Source: Calditrichia bacterium (GTDB taxonomy: Bacteria > Calditrichota > Calditrichia > RBG-13-44-9 > J075). From it: a stretch of DNA of 64,000 nucleotides. The notes under the pieces were generated by a model. The model saw nothing but the letters and a program-made list of their open reading frames with translations. It did not search any database and was not told the DNA's origin. The DNA lies in assembly GCA_050633245.1 (NCBI GenBank), contig JBOEGD010000024.1:199787-263786 (forward strand), in the 5' to 3' direction. The position numbers and the translations under genes are program-made. This document shows positions 19,813 through 29,262 of this stretch, piece after piece; position 1 is the first letter of the stretch, and the number at the start of each line of letters is the position of its first letter.

Positions 19813-21015
19813 ATGAAAGAATCGCTATCTATTCAACAAGCCCGAAAACTGGTGCTGCTATCGCAGAAACTGCCGCCTACAAAGCAGACCGGTGGCGCAA
19901 CAGCAGCCACCCTGGCTGCAATTGAACACCTCGGCTATATTCAGATCGATACGATTTCCGTCATTCAGCGTGCCCATCACCATACTCTGTGGAATCGCAA
20001 TCCGCGTTACAAAGCTGTGCAGCTAAGTCAGCTGATTACTGAGAAAAAAGTGTTCGAGTATTGGTCTCATGCCGCAGCTTACCTGCCGATGCGTGACTAC
20101 CGGTTTAGCTTGGTGCGCAAGCATGCCCTTGCAACTGGCACGCTAAAGCAATGGTATAAGCGCGATGATAAGATGATAAAGCTGGTGCTAGACCGTATTG
20201 CCGGCGAAGGCCCGTTGATGGCCAGAGATTTTGAGTATACCGGTAAAAAGGTCGGTGACTGGCGAGCCAAGCCGGCCAAGCAGGCGCTGGAATATCTGTT
20301 TATGCAGGGTGACCTGATGATAGCAAGCCGCGTGAATTTTCACAAGGTGTACGACCTTACCAAGCGGGTGTTGCCGGAAGGAATTGATACCACATTGCCG
20401 GAACCGGAGGAATACGCCCGATTTCTGATTACGCAGTATTTACGCGCGAATGGTCTGGGACAACCCGCCGAAATGGCTTATTTGTTGACCAATACCAAGC
20501 GACGTGTTACCGCTACTGTGCAGGAAATGGTTGAGGCCGGAGAGCTGCTGCAGGTTTCCGTTGCCGATAACAGCTACTATGTGCTGCCGGAATCACTGGA
20601 GCTGCTAAGTAAACCGTTGGCGCGTAGCAAGTTGAAGATTCTGTCGCCATTCGACAATCTGCTCATCCAGCGGAAGCGAATGCAGGCGCTGTTTGAATTC
20701 GACTATCTAATTGAATGCTATGTGCCGCAGGTCAAGCGCCAATACGGCTATTTCTCTCTGCCCATTCTATGGGATGGCAAGCTGGTCGCGCGAATGGACT
20801 GCAAAGCAGACCGGAAGACAACGCTGCTGCATATTCATAATCTTGCCATAGAACCCACGGTAAAGAAAACCGACGTGCTTTTCAACGCGCTGCGTAAGGA
20901 ACTGGAAGCCTTCCTACATTTTAATGACTGTACCGGGCTGGTACTGCACAAGACTTCGCCTGCAAAAGTTAAATCGGAGCTGCAGGTTTTGATGGGGGAT
21001 CTTCTCGCTTCTTGA
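19813..21015 (+). CDS. YcaQ-family winged-helix protein (DUF1006; interstrand-crosslink repair DNA glycosylase family)
   Basis: 400 aa. N-terminal IQIDTISVIQRAHHHTLWNR.PRY pattern. Length and overall pattern fit the YcaQ family. Confidence 0.65.
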   Translation: MKESLSIQQARKLVLLSQKLPPTKQTGGATAATLAAIEHLGYIQIDTISVIQRAHHHTLWNRNPRYKAVQLSQLITEKKVFEYWSHAAAYLPMRDYRFSLVRKHALATGTLKQWYKRDDKMIKLVLDRIAGEGPLMARDFEYTGKKVGDWRAKPAKQALEYLFMQGDLMIASRVNFHKVYDLTKRVLPEGIDTTLPEPEEYARFLITQYLRANGLGQPAEMAYLLTNTKRRVTATVQEMVEAGELLQVSVADNSYYVLPESLELLSKPLARSKLKILSPFDNLLIQRKRMQALFEFDYLIECYVPQVKRQYGYFSLPILWDGKLVARMDCKADRKTTLLHIHNLAIEPTVKKTDVLFNALRKELEAFLHFNDCTGLVLHKTSPAKVKSELQVLMGDLLAS

Positions 21016-21073
21016 ACGAAGCAGAAGGGGTGAGAGGATGCTATGTTAATTATCTCTAAGTGTTTTATACCAG

Positions 21074-21113
21074 CCTCTCGGCGGAGCTTATCCTGAGCAC
21101 CTCGACTCCGCTC
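21074..21113. repeat. copy of the ~40-bp extragenic motif downstream of the intact YcaQ gene
   Basis: cctctcggcggagcttatcctgagcacctcgactccgctc. A partial fourth copy, cttcgactccgctc, is at 47117..47130. Confidence 0.6.
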
Positions 21114-21160
21114 TGTGTGACAATTCCATTTCGACTCAATACTTTCTGGCGATTTTATCA

Positions 21161-21207
21161 AAAAGGTGCAAATGTAATATTTCATGTTACATTTGCACCT
21201 TTTTTAC
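21161..21207 (+). terminator. rho-independent terminator (17-bp perfect stem)
   Basis: aaaaggtgcaaatgtaa - tatttcatg - ttacatttgcacctttt followed by ttact. It lies downstream of the YcaQ gene. Confidence 0.6.
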
Positions 21208-21386
21208 TCTGTCCTTTTCTATTGCTGTAATTCCTTCGTTATTTTTTTGAATAACAGAGTACCTCTTGGAATTTGTATTCCTATATTTCCAACTGCTGCA
21301 TTTGATTGGCTTTGCTTTTTGGTTAATCAAGTTCATCACGTATATCCATGTCGAATTTATCCAATTCATCCATGTTTGGTTAATCC

Positions 21387-22517
21387 ATGCAACATAGCTA
21401 TGACATCCTAGTTCTCGGCCTTGGCGGTATGGGCAGCGCAATTGCTTACGAGCTGTCCAAGCGCGGCGTATCCGTGGGCGGGGTTGAGCAGTTTGAACCG
21501 CTACACAACAAGGGCGGCACCCATGGTGAGAGTCGGATTATTCGCAAGGCCTACCCGGAGAAGCCGGATTATGTGCCGCTGCTGAATCGCTCGTATGAGC
21601 TATGGGATGAATTGGAGCAGCATGCCGACAGAAAGCTGCGCAATGAATGTGGCTTTCTGGTTGCCGGCCATAGAGATTCTCCTTACCTACAGGATTTGGA
21701 TAACGCCTATCAACATTATCCGCTTACACATGAACGCTGGAGCGCAACTGAGTTAGCGCAGCATTTTCCTCAGTTCAACCTTCCCGAAGACTATCGCGCA
21801 TATTTTGATCCCTTTGGTGGATTTCTGTATGTCGATCGCTGCCTGCAGGCGCATCAGGATTTAGCTGTTCGCAATGGCGCGACGCTTTGTTTCAATGAAA
21901 AAGTGCGATCCTGGCAACATAACGGCGATTGCGTCGTGCTGAAAACGGATAAGCAAACGCTGCATGCAAAAAAACTGATTATCGCCTCGGGTGCCTGGAT
22001 GAAGCCGGAGCTTGCCAAACTCGATATCGAACTGCGCATCTGGCGTCGCGTTATTTTTTGGTATGGTCAGCAGCAAACATTTTCTCCGGAGAAATTTCCA
22101 TCCTTTGTTATTGAGCATCAGAATACCGGATTTTACGGATTGCCCGCCTTGGGAGAGCAGGGCGTAAAAATCGGCGAACACAATATTCCATTTGATATTG
22201 CAGTGCCGGAAGACTCAACCCAGCCGGTTACGCAAGCAGAGGAGGAGGTAATAGAACGATGTGTGTGGGACATTTTTCCGATGTTAGGTAAAAAAATAGA
22301 GCGCATTAAAACCTGCCTCTATGCCGTTTCGCCTGATCGTCATTTTATTCTCGATCATCATCCCGAACATAAGCATGTTTTACTGGCCGGTGGTTTTTCG
22401 GGACACGGCTATAAGTTTGCCACTGCTATTGGGGAGGTCATGGCTGATTTGGCGCTGGAGGGTAAGACGAAACATCCGATAGACTTTCTATCCCTGAAAC
22501 GCTTCCAATCCAAATAG
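21387..22517 (+). CDS. solA: FAD-dependent N-methyl-L-tryptophan / sarcosine oxidase (monomeric, MTOX-like)
   Basis: The dinucleotide-binding motif DILVLGLGGMGSAIAYEL, the length (376 aa) and the C-terminal GHGYKFA motif are typical of SolA/MSOX. Confidence 0.7.
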   Translation: MQHSYDILVLGLGGMGSAIAYELSKRGVSVGGVEQFEPLHNKGGTHGESRIIRKAYPEKPDYVPLLNRSYELWDELEQHADRKLRNECGFLVAGHRDSPYLQDLDNAYQHYPLTHERWSATELAQHFPQFNLPEDYRAYFDPFGGFLYVDRCLQAHQDLAVRNGATLCFNEKVRSWQHNGDCVVLKTDKQTLHAKKLIIASGAWMKPELAKLDIELRIWRRVIFWYGQQQTFSPEKFPSFVIEHQNTGFYGLPALGEQGVKIGEHNIPFDIAVPEDSTQPVTQAEEEVIERCVWDIFPMLGKKIERIKTCLYAVSPDRHFILDHHPEHKHVLLAGGFSGHGYKFATAIGEVMADLALEGKTKHPIDFLSLKRFQSK

Positions 22518-22574
22518 TTTGTCAATATCGCATCAAAACACTAAGTTCCGGGACTCAATAACTCAGGTTCGATC

Positions 22575-24245
22575 ATGCCGCTGAATGCGACAAGCTCTCC
22601 GCCAGCTCCACCAAAACGAAATTTTATTAAAAAGCTACTGCCGTTTATGGGGCTGTTTGGGCTACTGGTTTGCTTTAACCTTGTTTACAATATTAATCCT
22701 TTTAGTGGAATACAGTGGAGCGATCTCTTACCGGCTCCCGAGCTGTTTTTGCTGTTTTTACTGCTTTGTTTAACGATCGATCTGAATCTCCGCTTACCGG
22801 TATTGTTCTGGGGGGCAATTCTGACGACGCTGTGGTTTTTGCGCATCTTTGGTTTGGCCGATCAGGCAATGCCGTACTATTTTGACCGTCAGTTTAATCT
22901 ATATATAGACACTGGTTATGCGCTGGACTTGCTGGATCTGTTTTACCTCACCACATCTTTGGGAGGATTTCTCCTGACAATCCTTCTGAGCATTTCAACG
23001 GTTGTCGGTTTTGTTTATTTATCCTGGCGCGGACTATTCAAGCTGAAGAAATTATTGCATGAGGTGACGCTACGGCGATCCGTTCTTGCTCTGCTATTGC
23101 TATTAGCCTTTAGCGGATTTGTCGTAACGAAAATGAGCACACAACAGAGAATGCTCTCGATAAGTGGTTACCTGCCTCGCTTTTCAGAAGAAGTTCGATT
23201 TATCTCGGAGGTGCAAAAAATTGGGCGAGAATTCAACGCCGAGCTTGAAGCGGTGCGTTTTGAGGCCGCCAAGCTGCCGCAGGATTTGGTTGGCTTGAAT
23301 GAGAGCAATGTCTTACTGTTTTTTGTCGAGTCCTACGGCCATTCTTCTCTTACACATGCCGAATATGGACCATTAGTCCAACCAGCTTTACAAGAAATGC
23401 AGACGTCGCTGGGCGCAGCGGGATTTGAGATGGTCTCCAGCTATATGGGATCGCCGACTTATGGCGGCACCTCCTGGCTGGCACATGGTGCATTTAGCAG
23501 CGGAGTGGCGGTACACGATCAACTTCGTTTTGATATGCTATTGAAGTCAGATGTAAAAGCGCTGCCGCGTTACTTTGACCATGCGGGCTACCGAACAATC
23601 TGCGTAATGCCCGGCACGCGTTATGCTTGGCCGGAAGGTGCCTGGTTTGGCTATCAGGAGAAGATCTTTGCCGATGATTTTGCCTATGCCGGACCGACAT
23701 ACGGCTGGTCTCCCATGCCCGATCAGTTTGTAATCGATCGTGTGCATCGCAAGCATTTAGCCGAGAGCCCTTCACCGATTTTTGCCGAGTTTGTTTTGGT
23801 CTCCAGCCATGCTCCGTTTCATATTCAGCCACCATACGTTGTGGATTGGTCGCGAATCGGAAATGGAGCCATTTATGACGACCTTCAGCCGCTTCGCTAT
23901 AATATAGAATGGCCTAAGATGGAGAATGCTGCGGAAGGCTATTCGCGTTCCATTAGCTATGTGCTGAAGAGCCTGGAAGAGTATCTGCTGCAGTTTATCG
24001 ATGACAATTCACTGATTATCATTCTCGGTGACCATCAGCCGAACCTGGCATTAACCGGTCCGAACCAGCCGTGGTCGGTGCCGATTCACGTCATCAGTCG
24101 GAATACGGAACTGTTGAAGCCGTTTCGTGCGCGCGACTATATTTCGGGAATGATTCCCAATCAGCAGTGGCCGCATCCGGGAATGGAGTCTTTTTTGCCG
24201 AATTTCCTGCTGGATTTCTCCGGTTCAAATCGCCTCGCGGATTGA
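22575..24245 (+). CDS. alkaline-phosphatase-superfamily membrane protein (LTA-synthase / phosphotransferase-like sulfatase domain)
   Basis: N-terminal 5-6 TM helices. C-terminal domain with VLLFFVESYG (metal-binding Glu region), GTSWLAHG and SSHAPF motifs. Confidence 0.5.
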   Translation: MPLNATSSPPAPPKRNFIKKLLPFMGLFGLLVCFNLVYNINPFSGIQWSDLLPAPELFLLFLLLCLTIDLNLRLPVLFWGAILTTLWFLRIFGLADQAMPYYFDRQFNLYIDTGYALDLLDLFYLTTSLGGFLLTILLSISTVVGFVYLSWRGLFKLKKLLHEVTLRRSVLALLLLLAFSGFVVTKMSTQQRMLSISGYLPRFSEEVRFISEVQKIGREFNAELEAVRFEAAKLPQDLVGLNESNVLLFFVESYGHSSLTHAEYGPLVQPALQEMQTSLGAAGFEMVSSYMGSPTYGGTSWLAHGAFSSGVAVHDQLRFDMLLKSDVKALPRYFDHAGYRTICVMPGTRYAWPEGAWFGYQEKIFADDFAYAGPTYGWSPMPDQFVIDRVHRKHLAESPSPIFAEFVLVSSHAPFHIQPPYVVDWSRIGNGAIYDDLQPLRYNIEWPKMENAAEGYSRSISYVLKSLEEYLLQFIDDNSLIIILGDHQPNLALTGPNQPWSVPIHVISRNTELLKPFRARDYISGMIPNQQWPHPGMESFLPNFLLDFSGSNRLAD

Positions 24246-25022
24246 GCGCACAAATGATTCAACATTCGAACAAGCCGTTGGCAAATCCTTGCTATCGCGG
24301 ATCGTATTAATCACTGCGCTTCCGATAATCACGCCGTCACCATACTCCGCCATTGCTTTGGCCGTCTCCGTATTTGAAATACCGAAGCCAATCAAAACCG
24401 GCAGATCGGTCATGCGTTTCAATCGCTTCAAAAATATGCCGGTTTCTTCCGGCAGGCTTTGTCGCGCGCCGGTTACTCCGGTTAATGAAACCGCGTAGAT
24501 AAATCCACGACTGTTCTTCAGCACATTATTCACCCGTGCCTCAGGTGTATTTGGGCTTACCAGATATATAAGATCCAGCCCGTTTTTCAACGCCTCCTGA
24601 TCAAGCAGTTCACTTTCCTCCGGTGGAAGGTCGGGAATGATAAATCCTGAGGCGCCTGCTTCTACTGTATCTGCACACAGTTTCTCCCAACCATAGCGAT
24701 AGAATGGATTGGCATATCCCATCAGAATTACCGGTACATCAGATTCTTTGCGAAACTCCCGAAGCAGATCCAGCGTTTTCTCCAGCGTAATACCCGCTTC
24801 CAGTGCTTGCTGTGAGGCAGCCTGTATTGTAGGACCATCCGCAAGCGGATCGCTGAATGGAACGCCCAGTTCAATTAACTCTGCACCGCCTTTTACCAGG
24901 CTGCTCAGTAGGGGAAGCGTCGCATCTAAGTTCGGATAGCCTGCTGTTAGATAAATTGATACAATTTTACGGTTTGCCGCGCGTTTTTCCATCAAATACT
25001 GACTAAGTGTTGAAGTGCTCAT
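24225..25022 (-). CDS. trpA: tryptophan synthase alpha subunit
   Basis: IYLTAGYP...ELGVPFSDPLADGPTIQ. The start ATG at 25022..25020 overlaps the trpB stop. Confidence 0.9.
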   Translation of the reverse strand: MSTSTLSQYLMEKRAANRKIVSIYLTAGYPNLDATLPLLSSLVKGGAELIELGVPFSDPLADGPTIQAASQQALEAGITLEKTLDLLREFRKESDVPVILMGYANPFYRYGWEKLCADTVEAGASGFIIPDLPPEESELLDQEALKNGLDLIYLVSPNTPEARVNNVLKNSRGFIYAVSLTGVTGARQSLPEETGIFLKRLKRMTDLPVLIGFGISNTETAKAMAEYGDGVIIGSAVINTIRDSKDLPTACSNVESFVRSIREAI

Positions 25023-25023
25023 A

Positions 25024-26232
25024 TTAGTTTCCCTCCAGCAGTACCGAAACGGTTTCCATGTCTTTGTCACCGCGCCCGCTAAGGCAAATTATCAGTGATT
25101 CCTCCGGCGCCATTTCCGGTGCGACTTTCAGCGCGTGTGCTACGGCATGTGCAGTTTCGAGCGCAGGAATGATGCCTTCACACTGTGAAAGCAATGCCAG
25201 CGCATCCAGCGCTTCGCTATCGGTTGCAGAGGTGTATTCGACTCGTCCACTCTTCATCAGAAAAGAGTGCTCAGGTCCAACACCGGGATAGTCCAGCCCG
25301 GCGGAGACAGAGTGTACATCACCGACCTGCCCGTCATTTGTTTGAATAAGATAGGTTTTCATACCGTGCAAAATCCCTGGTTCGCCATATGTTAGTGTCG
25401 CGGCATGGTCGCCAACATTGCCACCGCGTCCACCCGCTTCAATGCCAATAAGCCGAACGTTCTCATCATCCACGAACGGAGCAAACATACCCATGGCGTT
25501 CGAGCCGCCACCCACGCAGGCAAGAACGGCATCGGGTAAGCGTCCCTCCTTCTCCAGATGCTGCTGTCGTGTTTCTACTCCGATAATCGCCTGAAAATCA
25601 CGCACCATTTGCGGATAAGGATGTGGACCAACCACCGAGCCGATGCAGTAAAAGGTGTTGTGCACATTAGTTACCCAGTCGCGGATAGCTTCATTTATCG
25701 CATCTTTCAGTGTTCTGCTACCGCTGGTAACCGGTACAACCGTTGCCCCGAGCAGCTTCATGCGAAACACGTTTAAGCGTTGACGACGAATATCTTCTGC
25801 GCCCATATATACGATGCATTCCATGCCGAATTTAGCCGCAACGGTTGCTGTTGCCACGCCGTGCTGCCCGGCACCGGTCTCGGCAATAATGCGCTTCTTG
25901 CCCATTTGTTTTGCCAATAACAGTTGACCCAGCACATTGTTGATTTTATGTGCCCCGGTATGATTCAAGTCTTCACGCTTTAAATAGATTCTTGCTCCGC
26001 CAAGCTTATCGGTCAAGCGGTCGGCGAACGTGAGTGGATTGGGTCGACCGGCATATTCGCGCAGATAATAGCCGAATTCCTGTTGAAATGATTCGTCCTG
26101 TTGCGATGTCAGATAGGCTGTTTCGAGTTCATCAATAACCGGTATTAAGACTTCTGGAATAAACTTGCCGCCAAACTGACCGAAACGGCCATTTTTATCG
26201 GGTAATTCGGCTGTTTTAGTGCGATGTTCCAT
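25024..26232 (-). CDS. trpB: tryptophan synthase beta subunit
   Basis: PLP-enzyme motifs ([15 protein letters not shown]). Confidence 0.95.
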   Translation of the reverse strand: MEHRTKTAELPDKNGRFGQFGGKFIPEVLIPVIDELETAYLTSQQDESFQQEFGYYLREYAGRPNPLTFADRLTDKLGGARIYLKREDLNHTGAHKINNVLGQLLLAKQMGKKRIIAETGAGQHGVATATVAAKFGMECIVYMGAEDIRRQRLNVFRMKLLGATVVPVTSGSRTLKDAINEAIRDWVTNVHNTFYCIGSVVGPHPYPQMVRDFQAIIGVETRQQHLEKEGRLPDAVLACVGGGSNAMGMFAPFVDDENVRLIGIEAGGRGGNVGDHAATLTYGEPGILHGMKTYLIQTNDGQVGDVHSVSAGLDYPGVGPEHSFLMKSGRVEYTSATDSEALDALALLSQCEGIIPALETAHAVAHALKVAPEMAPEESLIICLSGRGDKDMETVSVLLEGN

Positions 26233-26845
26233 CCATACACTCCTTTATATTATCAAATAATTTTCTGAGTTTATGATGCGACTTCTTCCCGGGAGATTCC
26301 TCAACGCCGCTGTTTACATCCAACATCCAGGGGTTTACCTCCTGAATAGCCGCGCAAATATTATCCGGATTTAGTCCGCCGGCAAGAATGATTCGCCCAT
26401 ACTTTTTGGCCGCGGTTGCAAGCTGCCAATTGAAGGTCTCGCCGGTTCCACCATGTTGTCCGGCTTTGTAAGTATCGAGCAAAACGGCAACAGCGTTTCG
26501 ATAATTGCCAATGCTTTCCGGCGCGAACTGTTGATGAACAGGCACGGCGTAGATCAGCCTTCGCCCGCCAAGCTGTTTGAGCTCCGGCAGGTGTTCCCCA
26601 TGAACCTGTGCGATATCCATTTTTGAGGATGCAAGAAGATGTTGAACGTGTACAAGAGTAGGGGAGACAAAAACGCCAATTCTCTTAACTTCCGCGGGTA
26701 GCTGTTTTGTAATCTCAGCTGCATCTTCAGGGAAAATAAATCTTGGGCTTTTTGGGTGGAAGATAAACCCCAGGGCATGTGCACCGAGTTCTACTGCAAG
26801 CAGCGCATCTTCCAGGCGGGTGATGCCGCAAATTTTTATCTGCAT
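26216..26845 (-). CDS. trpF: phosphoribosylanthranilate isomerase
   Basis: [14 protein letters not shown] start; 209 aa. Confidence 0.85.
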   Translation of the reverse strand: MQIKICGITRLEDALLAVELGAHALGFIFHPKSPRFIFPEDAAEITKQLPAEVKRIGVFVSPTLVHVQHLLASSKMDIAQVHGEHLPELKQLGGRRLIYAVPVHQQFAPESIGNYRNAVAVLLDTYKAGQHGGTGETFNWQLATAAKKYGRIILAGGLNPDNICAAIQEVNPWMLDVNSGVEESPGKKSHHKLRKLFDNIKECMDGTSH

Positions 26846-27633
26846 GTCTGCATCTCCGCACGGAATTGTTTTAGTGCAAGACCAGGATTAGCATGCCGCA
26901 TGAAATGGCTGCCGATTAAAACGGCCTGCGCACCGGCCTGCTGCATTCTTACGCCGTCCATTCCGGTAGCCAAACCGCTCTCAGCAACCAGGCAGGTGCT
27001 CTTCGGAAGCAATTCTGCCAGCCTTTCTGTTGTTGCCAGATCGATTGAGAATGTAGCAAGATCGCGATTGTTCACGCCGATGATTGGCGCGTTGCAGCGG
27101 AGCGCTACGTCTGCTTCCTCCTCACTGTGTACCTCAACCAATGCTTCCATATTGAGCGAATAGCAAAGTCCCATTAATTCCCTGAGCTCCGATTCTTCCA
27201 ATGCGGCAACAATGAGCAGAATGGCGTCGGCATGATTTGCCCGGGCTTCATACACCTGGTAGGAGTCGATAATGAAGTCTTTCCGCAGTAGTGGAACATC
27301 ACTCATTTTACGCAGGCGTTTCAGATACTTTAGAGACCCTTGAAAAAAGTGGGAGTCTGTTAACACGGATAACGCAGTGGCACTGTAGTTCAAATAGGAT
27401 GCTGCCAGCTCTTCTACCACAAACGGCTCGCGAATGACGCCTGCGGATGGGGATGCTTTTTTCAGCTCGGCAATAATTGCCAGCTCGTCTCCACTCAGCG
27501 CTGCCTTTAGCGAACGCGTTTCGGGAGCCTGGGAAATCGCCTCCTGCAGCTGAGAAAGTGACATTGACTTACGGGCTGCCGCAACCTCATCGCGTTTGAA
27601 CTTTAATATCTTGTCGAGTATGGTAGCAGCCAT
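26836..27633 (-). CDS. trpC: indole-3-glycerol phosphate synthase
   Basis: ILDKI...EVAAA N-terminus and IIAELKKASPS motif. Confidence 0.9.
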   Translation of the reverse strand: MAATILDKILKFKRDEVAAARKSMSLSQLQEAISQAPETRSLKAALSGDELAIIAELKKASPSAGVIREPFVVEELAASYLNYSATALSVLTDSHFFQGSLKYLKRLRKMSDVPLLRKDFIIDSYQVYEARANHADAILLIVAALEESELRELMGLCYSLNMEALVEVHSEEEADVALRCNAPIIGVNNRDLATFSIDLATTERLAELLPKSTCLVAESGLATGMDGVRMQQAGAQAVLIGSHFMRHANPGLALKQFRAEMQTCR

Positions 27634-28649
27634 TAGTTTGATTGTCCTTTGGTGAAATCAATAAGTGCATCGAGCTTTTTCTTTGCAGCACCGCTATCAA
27701 TGCTTTCGGCAGCCAGCTTTGCAGCCTCAGAAAAAGATGCAGCTCTTCCACCGATTATTAACCCTGCAGCCGCATTCAAAATAACCACATCACGATAAGC
27801 AGACGCTTCACCGGAGAGAACGCTTCGCATGATGTTTGCATTTTCGACAGCATCTCCACCTTCCAGGCTGGCTGCGCTTCGCGTTATGCCAAAGTCTTCC
27901 GGTTGAATCGTCTGTTCTCTGATATGTCCATCTTTTAGCTCAGCAACAAAGGTTGGAGCTGCCAGTGATATCTCATCCATGCCGTCTTCGCTGTGCACCA
28001 GCATCACGTGCTCGGAGCCCAGCTGTCTGAGAACTTCAGCAAGGAGCGGCGCGAGTGGTTTTTCGTAGACGCCGATCAGCTGACGCTTCACGCCAGCCGG
28101 GTTGGTAATTGGGCCTAAAATGTTAAATACCGAGCGAACCCCAATCTCTCGCCGAGGGCCGATTGCGTATTTCATTGCGGGATGAAGACCGGGAGCAAAC
28201 AAAAATGCAATGCCGGTTTCGGCAAGGCAGGCAGACATTTGATCTGCAGAGAGCTGTAGCTTTACGCCGAGTTCTTTTAGCACATCTGCGCTGCCGCATT
28301 TGCTGGAAACTGATCGATTGCCGTGCTTGGCAACGGGCAATCCTGCGCCTGCCGCAACAAACGAGGCTGTCGTGGTGATGTTAAACGTATGCTTACCGTC
28401 TCCACCGGTTCCTACAAGATCGACGGTTTCCGGAGTAGTGAGTTCTACGCGTCGTGCCTTTCCACGCATCGACTTGGCAAGTCCTGCAATTTCCTCCGGC
28501 TGTTCACCCTTCATGCGCATGGCAATTAAGAAGGCTCCGATTTGTGCATCGGTTGCCTCGCCGCTCATAATGGTTTCCATCGCATCAAATGACTCTTGCC
28601 TAGTCAGGTCGCTGGCGTTCAGAATGGTGTTAATGGCTTTCTTAAGCAT
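27633..28649 (-). CDS. trpD: anthranilate phosphoribosyltransferase
   Basis: GTGGDG and KHGNRSVSS motifs. Confidence 0.9.
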   Translation of the reverse strand: MLKKAINTILNASDLTRQESFDAMETIMSGEATDAQIGAFLIAMRMKGEQPEEIAGLAKSMRGKARRVELTTPETVDLVGTGGDGKHTFNITTTASFVAAGAGLPVAKHGNRSVSSKCGSADVLKELGVKLQLSADQMSACLAETGIAFLFAPGLHPAMKYAIGPRREIGVRSVFNILGPITNPAGVKRQLIGVYEKPLAPLLAEVLRQLGSEHVMLVHSEDGMDEISLAAPTFVAELKDGHIREQTIQPEDFGITRSAASLEGGDAVENANIMRSVLSGEASAYRDVVILNAAAGLIIGGRAASFSEAAKLAAESIDSGAAKKKLDALIDFTKGQSN

Positions 28650-29253
28650 GAGCGTTCTCCTTTGTCCTTACCGAAACCGGCTTGCAGTATTGCTCGACAA
28701 AGTTGCGCAAAATCCCTCTTCCAGACTCGGTTAGAAAAGACTCCGGGTGAAACTGTACGCCACAAATTGGAAGTGAGCGATGTGCCAATGCCATGATAGT
28801 ACCGTCTTCGCTGCGCGCTGTAATTTCGAGACAGTCTGGAAAACTGGGTTCTTCGGCAATCAAGGAGTGATAGCGTGTTGCTTTAAGTGGATTTGGCAGA
28901 TCTTGAAATAGACCCGAATTGTTGTGCTGAATGGCAGATGTTTTACCATGCATTAATTCGTTCGCCCGGACAATCTTACCTCCAAACGATTGCGCGATTG
29001 ACTGATGTCCTAAACAAACGCCGAGAATTGGGAAAGCCGAGCCGAGCTCTGCTATAATTTGCAGTGAAAGTCCTGCACTGTCCGGTTTACCCGGTCCCGG
29101 AGAAATCACGATTCCATCGGGTGCCATTTTGCGGATTGCACTCAGAGAAATTTCATCGTTGCGACGGACTGTAAGCGAAAGGCCAAGCTCGCCGAGAAAT
29201 TGCTCCAGGTTGTAGGTGAAGCTATCGTAGTTGTCTATAATTAAAATGTGCAT
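28642..29253 (-). CDS. trpG: anthranilate synthase component II (glutamine amidotransferase)
   Basis: ILIIDNYDSFTYNL and GVCLGHQ triad motifs. Confidence 0.9.
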   Translation of the reverse strand: MHILIIDNYDSFTYNLEQFLGELGLSLTVRRNDEISLSAIRKMAPDGIVISPGPGKPDSAGLSLQIIAELGSAFPILGVCLGHQSIAQSFGGKIVRANELMHGKTSAIQHNNSGLFQDLPNPLKATRYHSLIAEEPSFPDCLEITARSEDGTIMALAHRSLPICGVQFHPESFLTESGRGILRNFVEQYCKPVSVRTKENAHA

Positions 29254-29262
29254 TGTTTTCCT

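Noticed and set aside
24225-24245. 20-nt convergent overlap between the trpA 3' end and the 22575..24245 gene
   Set aside because: A convergent 3' overlap of this size is common and not evidence of anything unusual. The 22575 gene's terminal residues may simply run past its true stop context.
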